A stretch of 64,000 nucleotides of DNA from the IMG/VR virus record IMGVR_UViG_3300042541_001760, positions 1-64,000 of that record. The stretch is one strand, 5' to 3'. The notes under the pieces were generated by a model. That model worked only from the letters and a program-made list of their open reading frames with translations, searched no databases and had not been told where the DNA came from. Shown in pieces: positions 21,896 to 32,243 of this stretch. Within the stretch, counting starts at the first letter, position 1; every line of letters begins with the position of its first letter. A program made the translations under genes and the position numbers.

Positions 21896-22047
21896 ATAAA
21901 AATAAATATAAAAAAATATTTGTTCCCAGTATTTGGTTCGGACCAAGCGGTGAAAAAAATTACCAAGACATCTACGAAGATGTATGGATAAAAATAAATG
22001 TAAAATATGAAAATGGAAAACTTATTCACAAAAACATCAATATCTGA
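21883..22047 (+). pseudogene. Orphan 3' fragment of a GT11 gene
   Basis: GSFLNKNKYKKIFVPSIWFGP...WIKINVKYENG parallels the C-terminus of 18959..19774 (GGFLNKNTNKKVMVPSIWFGP...WTKINVFYENG). Confidence 0.8.
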
Positions 22048-22783
22048 TAGTTACGATTTTAAAAATGTATGTAATGCGGCTTCTAAAGATGACTCAATAT
22101 TTAGTAATTTTAAATCTAACAGAGCGTTTACTGAAATATTAGAACACACAACATACAACCAAGGTAATGGGTATATAAATGAAATTGAAAAAGACTGTAA
22201 AATAGATTTAAATTTTATAAATAAGTTTAAAGAGAATGATTTGCAGGGTAACCCAAAATTAGAAACATTTAAAGACCCATACGGTAGTATTTCACCATCT
22301 ACCATTAGATACATAAAAGTTTTAAATGATTTAATTTCTTTATTTGGTGACCTAACTGACTTCAGAATTGTTGAAATTGGTGTCGGTTATGGTGGACAGT
22401 CTAAAATAATACAAGATTATTTTAAAATAAAAGAATATAATTATATTGATTTACCGGACGTTTTATCGTTAACTAAAAAATATCTAAAAACATTTAATTA
22501 CGATAATTTAAATTTTTTAGATTTTACATCATTACCCGATAAGTCTTATGATTTAATCATATCTAACTACGCCATAACAGAATGTAGTAAAGAAATACAG
22601 GACTTATATGTTGAAAAAATTATTAATAAATCAAAACATGGGTATATAACAGGAAATGATATTGGTGGTTTTTTTAATATAAAAAATTATACAAAAAACG
22701 ATTGGTTATTAAAATTACCTAATGTAAAAATAACCGATGAGAGACCATTAACACATGATAAAAATTATTTACTATATTTTTAA
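22007..22783 (+). CDS. Putative sugar O-methyltransferase
   Basis: FKSNRAFTEILEH, ISPSTIRY, IVEIGVGYGGQ and ISNYAITE. Confidence 0.75.
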   Translation: MKMENLFTKTSISDSYDFKNVCNAASKDDSIFSNFKSNRAFTEILEHTTYNQGNGYINEIEKDCKIDLNFINKFKENDLQGNPKLETFKDPYGSISPSTIRYIKVLNDLISLFGDLTDFRIVEIGVGYGGQSKIIQDYFKIKEYNYIDLPDVLSLTKKYLKTFNYDNLNFLDFTSLPDKSYDLIISNYAITECSKEIQDLYVEKIINKSKHGYITGNDIGGFFNIKNYTKNDWLLKLPNVKITDERPLTHDKNYLLYF

Positions 22784-22786
22784 CAT

Positions 22787-23596
22787 ATGTTAAAATTAAA
22801 TATGATAAGCAGGATTTTTGAACATAACGGTTCATCGACCGTCAATAGGGTACCAAAAAACTTTATATGGGACTTTAATGGGGTTGACGGATTAGTTGAT
22901 TTCTATATTGATGGTGATGTTCATTTAGGTTTAAAAAATAAAAATGATGGTAGGATAAAGATTTTATGGACATTAGAATCACCATATTTTAATAATAACG
23001 TTTTTGACTTTATTAAGGATAATTTAACAACTATAATAGATACTTTTGATTTAATTTTTACATACGACGATGATTTATTAAAATTAAACGATAAGTTTTG
23101 TTTTTTACCTGTTGGGGGTTCTTGGATAGTAAGTCCATCGATAAGAAAAAAAACAAAGACGGTATCAATGATAACATCTAATAAACGACTCACTCCACAA
23201 CAAAATGAAAGGGTTTTATTTGCTAATAATAATAAAAACAATATTGACGTATATGGTAGAGGGTTTAATGAAATAATCAATAAAGAAGAGGGTTTAGATG
23301 ACTACATGTTTTCTATATGTATAGAAAACGCAACCCATAATACTTACTTTACGGAAAAAATTTTAGATTGTTTTTTGACAGGTACAATCCCCGTCTATAA
23401 AGGGACTAAAAACATTACAAATTTTTTTGACACTGATGGAATTTTATTTTTAGATAAAATAGAAATCAAAGACTTAACACATAATTTATATCAATCAAAA
23501 ATAAAAAGTATTGAGGATAATTTCATTCGCGCAACTGAATTTATGTTACCTGAAGATATTATATATAATAAATTAAAAGAAAAAAAAATAATATAA
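22787..23596 (+). CDS. GT10 alpha-1,3/4-fucosyltransferase-like
   Basis: YMFSICIEN...YFTEKILDCFLTGTIPVYKG donor-binding motif; WTLESP. Confidence 0.75.
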   Translation: MLKLNMISRIFEHNGSSTVNRVPKNFIWDFNGVDGLVDFYIDGDVHLGLKNKNDGRIKILWTLESPYFNNNVFDFIKDNLTTIIDTFDLIFTYDDDLLKLNDKFCFLPVGGSWIVSPSIRKKTKTVSMITSNKRLTPQQNERVLFANNNKNNIDVYGRGFNEIINKEEGLDDYMFSICIENATHNTYFTEKILDCFLTGTIPVYKGTKNITNFFDTDGILFLDKIEIKDLTHNLYQSKIKSIEDNFIRATEFMLPEDIIYNKLKEKKII

Positions 23597-23652
23597 TAAA
23601 AATTATTTAATCACTAAAGATTGAATACATAACAATACAAAAAATTTGAATA

Positions 23653-24336
23653 ATGGATTTTACTTTTGGTATAATTACTGGCGGGGATAATGATAAGATG
23701 ATTAATGAGATAATTGACTCAATTGAGAATGAAAATATTCCAAATTATGAAATTATTATCGTAGGTAATTCAAATTTAGTAAGGAAAAATACTAAAGTGA
23801 TAAATTTTGATGAGACTATAAAAGTAGGATGGATTACAAAAAAGAAAAATATCATAACTAAAGAGTCTAATTTTGAAAATATTGTTTTTCTTCATGATTA
23901 TATAAAATTAAATGAGGGTTGGTACAACGGTTATTTGGAGAGTGGTAACGATTTTGCGATTAGAATGGATAAAATTATAAACCACAACGGTGAAAGATTT
24001 AGAGATTGGTGTATATGGCCACATAACAACAATGAAATGGATTCTTTTATAGGTAGGGATTGTTTAATCCCTTATACTATAAAACATTTAAGTAAGTATA
24101 TGTATATCTCAGGATCCTATTGGGTTGCCAAAAAATATGTTATGATGGAATTCCCGTTAAATGAAAATTTAACGTGGGGACAAGGAGAAGATGTTTTATG
24201 GTCCAAACAAGTTAGAGAAAAATATGAATTTAATATGAACACCAATTCTAGTGTTTTTATAATTAAAGGAGTTAAAGATAGGGTTTTTAATGAACCGGAT
24301 GAAAATAAAATAGAAGCACTAAAAAGTATAAATTAA
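23653..24336 (+). CDS. GT-A (GT2-like) glycosyltransferase
   Basis: FTFGIIT, YEIIIVG, WITKKKN, VFLHDY and GEDV. Confidence 0.65.
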   Translation: MDFTFGIITGGDNDKMINEIIDSIENENIPNYEIIIVGNSNLVRKNTKVINFDETIKVGWITKKKNIITKESNFENIVFLHDYIKLNEGWYNGYLESGNDFAIRMDKIINHNGERFRDWCIWPHNNNEMDSFIGRDCLIPYTIKHLSKYMYISGSYWVAKKYVMMEFPLNENLTWGQGEDVLWSKQVREKYEFNMNTNSSVFIIKGVKDRVFNEPDENKIEALKSIN

Positions 24337-24337
24337 A

Positions 24338-25711
24338 ATGATTAAATTAATAATATTCGATTTGGATGGGGTTTTAGTTGATGCCAAAGAAATCCATTAT
24401 GAGTCATTAAATAAAGCGTTAAAACAAATCGATGAAAAATTTGTAATAACTAGAGAAGAACATCTAACAAAATATGACGGGCTGACCACTAAAACAAAAT
24501 TGAAATTATTAAGTGATAATAAAAACTTACCGGAATCAAGTCATAGTAAAATATGGGAATTAAAACAATCATTGACATTTGATGTAATTAAAGAACAATT
24601 AACGGAGGATGTTCGTTTAAAAAAAATACTAAAGTCCCTTAAAGACGATGGATTTAAGATTTATGTGGCGTCGAATTCAATTCGAGAAACGATTAAATTG
24701 ATGTTATATAAAACAGGATTAATTGAGTATGTTGATTATTATTTAGCCAACGAAGACGTTAATAATACTAAACCACATCCAGAAATTTATTTAAAGTGTA
24801 TGGTACATGCTGGTGTAAAACCTAACGAAACTTTAATAGTTGAAGATAGTTTTCATGGTAGGCAGGCGGCGATAGAATCTGGAGGTTATTTATGTCCTGT
24901 CGAAACACCAAAAGATGTTACCTATAACAAAATATACAATCAAATTACAAACATAGATAATGTGCCAACATCAAACAAAAAATGGGAATCGGAAGATTTT
25001 AATATTTTAATACCCATGGCGGGTGCGGGTTCTAGATTTAGTTCTGCCGGCTACACATTTCCAAAACCATTAATAGAAGTTAATCATAAACCAATGATTC
25101 AAGTTGTGGTTGAGAATCTAAACATTAAATCTAAATTCATTTATATTGTTCAAAAAGAACACTATGAAAAATATAACTTAAAATTTTTATTAAATTTAAT
25201 AACACCTAATTGTGAAATAGTACAAGTTGAGGGGGTTACTGAAGGTGCTGCATGCACCACTCTTTTGGCTAAGGAATATATTAACACCGATAAACATTTA
25301 ATCATCGCTAATTCAGATCAATTTGTGGAGTGGGATAGTAATAGTTTTTATTATTCGATGACAAACGATAAAGTAGATGGAGGTATGTTAACGTTTAAAG
25401 CAACACACCCTAAATGGTCTTTCGCTAAATTAGATAGTAATGGTTATATTATTGAGATTGCCGAGAAAAAACCAATCAGTGACCTTGCGACAGTTGGGGT
25501 TTATTATTGGAACAAAGGTTCAGATTATGTTAAATACGCTGAACAAATGATTGAAAAAAATGTTAGAGTTAATAATGAATTTTATGTTGCTCCGGTTTAC
25601 AACGAAGCGATTTTAGATGGTTTAAAATTTAAACCATATAACATTAATAAAATGTGGGGTTTAGGAACGCCAGAAGACTTAAAAACATACTTAGAAAATA
25701 AAATAAAATAA
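24338..25711 (+). CDS. HAD phosphatase fused to sugar-phosphate nucleotidyltransferase
   Basis: IFDLDGVL...KPHPE...VEDS followed by IPMAGAGSRF...FPKPLI...LGTPEDL. Confidence 0.85.
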   Translation: MIKLIIFDLDGVLVDAKEIHYESLNKALKQIDEKFVITREEHLTKYDGLTTKTKLKLLSDNKNLPESSHSKIWELKQSLTFDVIKEQLTEDVRLKKILKSLKDDGFKIYVASNSIRETIKLMLYKTGLIEYVDYYLANEDVNNTKPHPEIYLKCMVHAGVKPNETLIVEDSFHGRQAAIESGGYLCPVETPKDVTYNKIYNQITNIDNVPTSNKKWESEDFNILIPMAGAGSRFSSAGYTFPKPLIEVNHKPMIQVVVENLNIKSKFIYIVQKEHYEKYNLKFLLNLITPNCEIVQVEGVTEGAACTTLLAKEYINTDKHLIIANSDQFVEWDSNSFYYSMTNDKVDGGMLTFKATHPKWSFAKLDSNGYIIEIAEKKPISDLATVGVYYWNKGSDYVKYAEQMIEKNVRVNNEFYVAPVYNEAILDGLKFKPYNINKMWGLGTPEDLKTYLENKIK

Positions 25712-25716
25712 ACACT

Positions 25717-26523
25717 ATGGATCATAATTACAAATTAACACCTTTTAAATTCAGAGAAATAACAAAAAGTTTACCGTGCAATGAAATATACATAAAAAAT
25801 GTTGACGAAGCTAAATTTTTAACTGGACAACCTTTAAATAAATTTTGGACTTTTGATTTTATAGAAACGATTTCAGAATATATTGATTTTAATGAAATCA
25901 AAACAATATTAGACTTAGGAAGTAGAGACGGTTATCAAAGTGTAGAATTTAGAACATGGTTTCCAGATGCTAAAATTATTCTTTTTGAAGCAAATCCAAA
26001 TCAGTTAGACCAAATTAATAGTGTTACTTATGGTCATAATATTGAAATTGTTATGTCATCGGTAGGAAATTTTAATGGTAAAACTAGTTTTTATATTTCA
26101 CCTAGTAACGTAGGGGCTTCATCGTTATTAAAAATTAATAATCACAAAAGAAGTTCTGAATGGCATCAACACGAAATTAATGTTGATATAATTAGAGTTG
26201 ATGATTGGGCTAAAGAAAATAACATAAATGAAATTGATATACTGTGGATGGATGTCCAAGGAGCTGAAAAAATGGTGCTAGAAGGTGTCGGCGAATATTT
26301 AAAAAACGTTAAATCTATTTGTACTGAAGTAGAAGTAGAACATATGTATCATGGATCAACATTAAAAACTGAATTAGACGATTTTTTGTTAGAAAATAAT
26401 TTTGTAGAACTACAAGCTTTTCATATGGTGCCTATAGAAAATGTTACATTATCTGAAATAAAAAATTTACAAGGTGAAGTTGATGTTATCTATATAAATA
26501 AAAAGTATTTAAAAAATGATTAA
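25717..26523 (+). CDS. FkbM-family methyltransferase
   Basis: LDLGSRDG, FEANP and IDILWMDVQGAE. Confidence 0.8.
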   Translation: MDHNYKLTPFKFREITKSLPCNEIYIKNVDEAKFLTGQPLNKFWTFDFIETISEYIDFNEIKTILDLGSRDGYQSVEFRTWFPDAKIILFEANPNQLDQINSVTYGHNIEIVMSSVGNFNGKTSFYISPSNVGASSLLKINNHKRSSEWHQHEINVDIIRVDDWAKENNINEIDILWMDVQGAEKMVLEGVGEYLKNVKSICTEVEVEHMYHGSTLKTELDDFLLENNFVELQAFHMVPIENVTLSEIKNLQGEVDVIYINKKYLKND

Positions 26524-26836
26524 AACAAATTTAAACGATTTTTTTAAAGGTTGGTTTGTTGGTAATTTTGATCCAACCTTAAACAACACTGAAGATTTTG
26601 AAGTTGCAGTTAAAAGATACAATGCGGGTAATTATGAAGAAAAACACCACCATAAAATATCAACAGAAATAACAGTAATTATCGAAGGAGAGGTTGAAAT
26701 GAATGGAACCAAATACATCAAAGATGATATAATTACGATACAACCAAATGAATCCACTGATTTTAAATGCATAACTGATGTTGTTACAGTTGTTGTTAAA
26801 ACACCATCAGCAAATAATGATAAATATATAAATTAA
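26516..26836 (+). CDS. Cupin-domain protein
   Basis: GWFVGNFDP, HHHKISTEITVIIEG and VVVKTPS. Confidence 0.75.
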   Translation: MIKTNLNDFFKGWFVGNFDPTLNNTEDFEVAVKRYNAGNYEEKHHHKISTEITVIIEGEVEMNGTKYIKDDIITIQPNESTDFKCITDVVTVVVKTPSANNDKYIN

Positions 26837-26839
26837 ACT

Positions 26840-27490
26840 ATGAAATTATTAACAGAAATAGCTAATAAATATGGTACAGATAAAGGAACTACTTTTTACC
26901 CATCACATGGATTTAGTGAAATTTACGATGATTTCTTTATTAATAAAAGAAATGATGTTCTAAAAGTCTTAGAAATAGGTATAGATAAAGGTAACTCATT
27001 AAGAATGTGGAGGGATTATTTTCCTAATGCCATAATATATGGATTAGATGTTCAAACACATCAATTTTTTACTGAAGAAAGGATAATCACTTCATATGCA
27101 AATCAATCAGATATACATGATTTAAATAATTTTATTGATGAATATGGAGGTGATTTTGATATCATCATCGATGATGGCGGCCATGACATAATCTTCCAAC
27201 AATTCACGTTAGGGGTATTGTTTAAATATTTAAAACCAAACGGAGTTTATATTGTAGAAGATTTACATACTTCTTTTTTAGAAGACTGGTTAAAAGATAA
27301 AGACTTGGAAGTAACATATGAATATACTGCATATAATACACTCAAAAATTTTGAAATTAATAAAGAATTAATTACCCCTCATATTGAGTTAGAAAATGTT
27401 GAATACATCAATAGAAATACTAAATCAATAAATATTTACGATATTAATGGGGATAATCAACACATAACCAGTATTTTATATAAAAAATAA
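26840..27490 (+). CDS. Class I SAM-dependent methyltransferase (sugar O-methyltransferase-like)
   Basis: YGTDKG, VLEIGI...SLRMWRDYFP, IIIDDGGH and GVYIVEDL. Confidence 0.8.
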   Translation: MKLLTEIANKYGTDKGTTFYPSHGFSEIYDDFFINKRNDVLKVLEIGIDKGNSLRMWRDYFPNAIIYGLDVQTHQFFTEERIITSYANQSDIHDLNNFIDEYGGDFDIIIDDGGHDIIFQQFTLGVLFKYLKPNGVYIVEDLHTSFLEDWLKDKDLEVTYEYTAYNTLKNFEINKELITPHIELENVEYINRNTKSINIYDINGDNQHITSILYKK

Positions 27491-28185
27491 TGTTTGTCAT
27501 ATGTTGTAAATATAATCCACAGTTCCCTAACATTATTGAATTAGTTGATGGTATTAGAAGATATCACCCCACAGAAAAAATTGTGGTCGTTGACAGTAAT
27601 TCTAGTGATAAAACATATTTTAATCTATTAAAAAAATATGATGTGATTATTGAAGATATTAGTAATGAAAATTGGATGATAGGGGCGTATTGGTATACAT
27701 ATAAAAAATACCCAAATGAGGAATTCTATTATTTTATGCATGACTCTATGAAGGTAAAATCAAACTTAACTTATTTAAAAGAAAATGATTTGACTATCCT
27801 AATGCATTTTGAAAGATTCAATGTAGCGCATTTTAATAATTGGGAATCTTTGGTTAATGAGAATACAAAATATAAATATAATAAAAATGGTTATGGTTGT
27901 TTCGGACCTATTTTTTTCTGTAAAAATAAAGTCATGAAGAATATGTTAGATGCGGGTGTTGATAAATTATTACCAAAAAATAAGTTCGAAACACAAATTT
28001 GTGAAGGTGCCTATGGTTTCTTTTTAGAAAATCAGGGTTATGATTTAACTAAATGCTCGTTATTCGGTAATGTTTTTGAGGTAGAAGGGCCTAATGGAAA
28101 ATCTGGACTACCACCACATAAAACAGATTGGCAATTTCCGGTTGAGAAATTTTACGCATCACATGTTGATGCAAAAAGATTATAA
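27490..28185 (+). CDS. Putative glycosyltransferase-like protein
   Basis: IVVVDSNS and YFMHDS resemble GT-A motifs; glycan-island context. Confidence 0.5.
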   Translation: MFVICCKYNPQFPNIIELVDGIRRYHPTEKIVVVDSNSSDKTYFNLLKKYDVIIEDISNENWMIGAYWYTYKKYPNEEFYYFMHDSMKVKSNLTYLKENDLTILMHFERFNVAHFNNWESLVNENTKYKYNKNGYGCFGPIFFCKNKVMKNMLDAGVDKLLPKNKFETQICEGAYGFFLENQGYDLTKCSLFGNVFEVEGPNGKSGLPPHKTDWQFPVEKFYASHVDAKRL

Positions 28186-28202
28186 TTAATAAAAATAAAA
28201 TT

Positions 28203-28562
28203 ATGAATAGACCAAAAACAATTTTTTTAGATATTGACGGAACACTTATAGAGCATTCTGAAAACATTGTAGAACAATTTACTAAAACACCTAAATTATT
28301 AAAAGGAACGTTAGAAAAATTATCTGAATGGGATAGAAAAGGACACAATATAATTTTAACAACTGGAAGACGTGAAGGTGTTAGAGATATTACAATTAAA
28401 CAATTATCGGAATTAGGTATTTTCTATGACCAATTAATTATGGGGATAGGTGGTGGAATAAGAGTTGTTGTAAATGATAGGAAAAAAGATAAAGAATATG
28501 ATACCGCAATAGCAATAAACCTCAAAAGAAATGAGGGTATAGGAACAATAAATGATTTATAA
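28203..28562 (+). CDS. Capless HAD-family phosphatase
   Basis: IFLDIDGTL, ILTTGR and VVVNDR. Confidence 0.75.
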   Translation: MNRPKTIFLDIDGTLIEHSENIVEQFTKTPKLLKGTLEKLSEWDRKGHNIILTTGRREGVRDITIKQLSELGIFYDQLIMGIGGGIRVVVNDRKKDKEYDTAIAINLKRNEGIGTINDL

Positions 28563-28563
28563 T

Positions 28564-28917
28564 ATGAAAAAAGAAGTTACGAAAGTTGATAAACCGTGGG
28601 GTTGGGAAAAATGGATTGAAGTTAATGAAAATTATGTTGTTAAAGAATTATTCATGACTGCCGGTAATAGTTGCAGCTTACAATATCATGAGAAAAAACA
28701 TGAATCTTTTTACGTTTTAAAGGGGCAATTAAAATTTGAAATTGGACCAGATAAAGACAATCTAAGTGAAATGATATTAAATGAAGGTGAATATTATACA
28801 ATAGAACCTTTTGTTGTACATAGAATGTCAGCAATTGTTGACAGTTTGTATTTAGAAAGTTCTACTAATTTCTTAGATGACGTTATTAGATTAGAAGATA
28901 AATATGGCAGAGTATAA
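28564..28917 (+). CDS. Cupin (mannose-6-phosphate isomerase type II C-terminal-like)
   Basis: KPWGWE, SLQYHEKKHE and VHRM; second Met preferred as start. Confidence 0.75.
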   Translation: MKKEVTKVDKPWGWEKWIEVNENYVVKELFMTAGNSCSLQYHEKKHESFYVLKGQLKFEIGPDKDNLSEMILNEGEYYTIEPFVVHRMSAIVDSLYLESSTNFLDDVIRLEDKYGRV

Positions 28918-29695
28918 AAATATTGCCATACTATTATGTGGGCATATAAGAAATTATGATGTTTTAGATTTATGTATTAAAAAACTAAATGAAAATTTAA
29001 TATCTAAAAACGAAAAAGTAAATTTTAAAATATTTTTTTGTTCTTGGGATTATTTAGATTGGCAACATGATGGAACTATTTATTCTTCAGAAAAAATAGA
29101 TGGTGAATTATTAAAAAAATATGGGTTTGATGGTTATAAAATATTAAAACAAAACGAATACCTATCATTTAATGATAGGATTCACTCACAATATCAAGTT
29201 ATTTTTGAATGCAATAAAGTTAAAAAAGAATATGAAACTAAAAGTAACATTATTTTTGACGGTGTGATAAGAACAAGATGTGATTTAATTATAGATTCAA
29301 TAATTAATATCGAAGAAATTAATTTAAATACATATACAATAACTGAAGATGAATTTGGTTTTGCTGATTGGTTTTGTGTTTCTAATAGTACAAATATGGA
29401 CTATTATAGTTTTTTGCACAAAGAATATTATAACCTTACTAAACAAATAAATACAAATGGTTGTTTTAAAAATTTTGATGTTGACCCACATAATATTTTA
29501 TTAATTCATTTACTAAACAATAAATTTGGCTTATCAAAAGAAAAAATATTAGAATTAAAAATAACAGAGAATATCGATGAGTATATAGATAATAATTTAA
29601 CACTTATTGATTCGTATTATATTGATTATTATTTAAAAAGAGTTGATAATCGAGTAAATGCAACATTTAAAAAAATTAAAAATGGAGACATATAA
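28904..29695 (+). CDS. Putative glycosyltransferase-like protein
   Basis: IAILLCGHIR, VIRTRCDL and FADWF; island context. Confidence 0.5.
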   Translation: MAEYKNIAILLCGHIRNYDVLDLCIKKLNENLISKNEKVNFKIFFCSWDYLDWQHDGTIYSSEKIDGELLKKYGFDGYKILKQNEYLSFNDRIHSQYQVIFECNKVKKEYETKSNIIFDGVIRTRCDLIIDSIINIEEINLNTYTITEDEFGFADWFCVSNSTNMDYYSFLHKEYYNLTKQINTNGCFKNFDVDPHNILLIHLLNNKFGLSKEKILELKITENIDEYIDNNLTLIDSYYIDYYLKRVDNRVNATFKKIKNGDI

Positions 29696-31232
29696 AGTTT
29701 TAATAACCACTAGTGGGATTGGTTCTAGATTAGGTGATTTAACAAAATATACAAATAAATGTTTAGTAAGGGTTGGTAAAAAACCGGCTATTTCATACAT
29801 TGTGGAATCCTACCCAAAAGAAATAGAAATAGTAATAACAATTGGTCATTTCGGTTCACAAATTAAAGACTTCATAACCTTAGCATATCCTGAAAGGAAT
29901 TTTACCTTTATTGAAATCGATAAATTTGAAGGTGAAGGATCCTCATTAGGTTATTCGATGATAAAAGCCAAAGAAGAATTGCAATGTCCTTTTATTTTTC
30001 ACGCTGCAGATACGATTATAACTGAAGATATAAAAGAACCAACCGAAAACTGGTTAGCTTGTCAGTACAAAGAAAACAACTCTCAATATCGAACAATTTC
30101 TTTTGTACCTAACAGAATGATAAATGAAAAAGGTGATTTAGAGTCTAATTTCGCTTATATTGGATTGGCAGGTATAAATGATTATAAAAACTTTTGGGGT
30201 GCGTTAGAAGAAGAATATAAGAATAATATCAACGATACAACATTAAGCGATTGTCATGCAATTAATAAAATGAATTGTAAATGGAATGTTGTTGAATATC
30301 ATAAGTGGTTAGATATTGGAAATGTTTCTGAATTAAAATACGCTAGAGAAACTATTTATGATAAATTTGATATACTAAATAAAGTTGACGAATCAATATT
30401 TCTATTCAACGACTTTGTAATTAAATTTTCTTACAATAAAACAGTTTGTACTAATAGAGTTCAGCGATGCAAAGAATTATATGGATTAACACCAAAACTT
30501 ATAGACTATACAGATAATTTTTATAAATACGAATATGCTAATGGCGATTTATTATCAACATCAGTTGATGAAGTAATCTTTGAAAATTTTTTAGATTGGA
30601 GTAAAAATAATCTATGGGTTAAACATGGTAAATCGGATGACTTCAAATTAATTACTAAAAAGTTTTATTTTGATAAAACATTTGAACGATTACAAAAATT
30701 ATTTAATGACAATAAAATAAATGATGAATCGATTTCCATCAACGGTATGTTTGTCCCGCCGGTTATGGATATGATAAAAGAAATAGACGAAAACTGGTTA
30801 TGTTCAGACACTTATTATCAATTTCACGGCGATTATATTTTAGACAATATAATTTACAAAGGTAAAGATGATTTTGTGTTGTTAGATTGGAGACAAGATT
30901 TTGGCGGAGATTTAAAAAATGGTGATATCTATTATGATTTAGCTAAATTAAACCACAATTTACTATTTAATCACGATATCGTTCATCAAAATTTATTTTC
31001 AGTAAAGAGAACTTCAAACACCATTAAATGTGATATTTTAAGGAGTGACAATTTGACTAACTGTAGAGAGAAGTTGCATACATGGATAGTTGATAACGGA
31101 TTAGATTTAAAAAAGGTTCAAACATTGACTGCAATCATATGGTTAAACATGTCACCATTACATGATTACAAGATGGGTGAATTTTTATATTATTTTGGAC
31201 GACTTAATCTTTACAAAATGCTATATAAATAA
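29682..31232 (+). CDS. Nucleotidyltransferase fused to an APH/choline-kinase-like kinase
   Basis: VLITTSGIGSRLG...NKCL, WLDIG; C-terminal FHGDYILDN...LLDW...DLAKL. Start at METYK preferred over 29658. Confidence 0.8.
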   Translation: METYKVLITTSGIGSRLGDLTKYTNKCLVRVGKKPAISYIVESYPKEIEIVITIGHFGSQIKDFITLAYPERNFTFIEIDKFEGEGSSLGYSMIKAKEELQCPFIFHAADTIITEDIKEPTENWLACQYKENNSQYRTISFVPNRMINEKGDLESNFAYIGLAGINDYKNFWGALEEEYKNNINDTTLSDCHAINKMNCKWNVVEYHKWLDIGNVSELKYARETIYDKFDILNKVDESIFLFNDFVIKFSYNKTVCTNRVQRCKELYGLTPKLIDYTDNFYKYEYANGDLLSTSVDEVIFENFLDWSKNNLWVKHGKSDDFKLITKKFYFDKTFERLQKLFNDNKINDESISINGMFVPPVMDMIKEIDENWLCSDTYYQFHGDYILDNIIYKGKDDFVLLDWRQDFGGDLKNGDIYYDLAKLNHNLLFNHDIVHQNLFSVKRTSNTIKCDILRSDNLTNCREKLHTWIVDNGLDLKKVQTLTAIIWLNMSPLHDYKMGEFLYYFGRLNLYKMLYK

Positions 31233-31244
31233 TATATTTGGCGT

Positions 31245-32243
31245 ATGAAACCAAAAATATTTATAGGTCCTATGAGTAAAAATATCGTAGATGCGATAAT
31301 TAAATACTCAAACGAAAATGATATTGAAATTGGGTTAATACCGTCTAGAAGACAAGTTGAATTTGACGGTGGTTATGTTAACAATTGGACAACAAAAGAT
31401 TTTTGCGAATACGTAAGAAACCGATCTAATAAAATATTATTAGTAAGAGATCATGCTGGGCCATCACAAGGATATAGTGAGGATGACGGTATGGATTCTT
31501 TTATTGAAGATTGTAAATATTTCGATATCATACATGTTGATGTTTGGAAAAAACATAAAGAGTATCGAGAAGGGTTATTATCTACAGTAGATTTTATTCT
31601 AAAAGGATTCAGTTTAAACTCAAACTTGTTATTTGAAGTGGGTACTGAAGAATCAATCAGACCAACTAACGAAATCGAATTAAATAACCTTTTAGGAGAC
31701 TTGAGAAAGTTATTACCGTTACAGGTATACGGCCAAATTAAATACGCAGTCATTCAATCTGGAACGGCCTTAAAAGGCAACACAAACATTGGTAGTTTCA
31801 ATCAATACAGATTAATCGAAATGGTTAAAGTTGTCAAAAATCACGGGATGATATCTAAAGAACACAATGGTGATTATTTGACAAATGAATTAGTTAAATC
31901 AAAATTTGAAAACGGTTTGAGCGGTATTAATATTGCGCCAGAATTTGGTCAGATAGAAACAAAAATTATTTTAGGGATTATTAAAACTAACCATCCAGAA
32001 TTGATAGATGAATTTTATAAAATTTGCTATGATTCAAAAAGATGGGTAAAATGGGTTGACGCAGATTTTATTCCGGAAAACAACAAAGAAGAAATTATAA
32101 ACATAAGCGGACATTATGTTTTTTCTGAACCTAAGTTTATCGAACTTAAAAATAAATTAAATTATAATAATTTAGATTCTGATGTACAACAATCAATCTA
32201 TAACAGAATCGATGAATTAATTAAAACTATAAATGAAATCTAG
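31245..32243 (+). CDS. GatZ/KbaZ-like (tagatose-6-phosphate 4-epimerase family) protein
   Basis: SRRQVEFDGGYV...T.KDF...ILLVRDHAGP, EVGTE, KEHNGDY and NIAPEFG. Confidence 0.65.
   Translation: MKPKIFIGPMSKNIVDAIIKYSNENDIEIGLIPSRRQVEFDGGYVNNWTTKDFCEYVRNRSNKILLVRDHAGPSQGYSEDDGMDSFIEDCKYFDIIHVDVWKKHKEYREGLLSTVDFILKGFSLNSNLLFEVGTEESIRPTNEIELNNLLGDLRKLLPLQVYGQIKYAVIQSGTALKGNTNIGSFNQYRLIEMVKVVKNHGMISKEHNGDYLTNELVKSKFENGLSGINIAPEFGQIETKIILGIIKTNHPELIDEFYKICYDSKRWVKWVDADFIPENNKEEIINISGHYVFSEPKFIELKNKLNYNNLDSDVQQSIYNRIDELIKTINEI

Noticed and set aside
31233-31240. TATATTTG (TAnnTTTG) before the GatZ-like gene
   Set aside because: Only 4 nt from the ATG, inside a coupled operon and without a -33 element; could be chance in AT-rich DNA.
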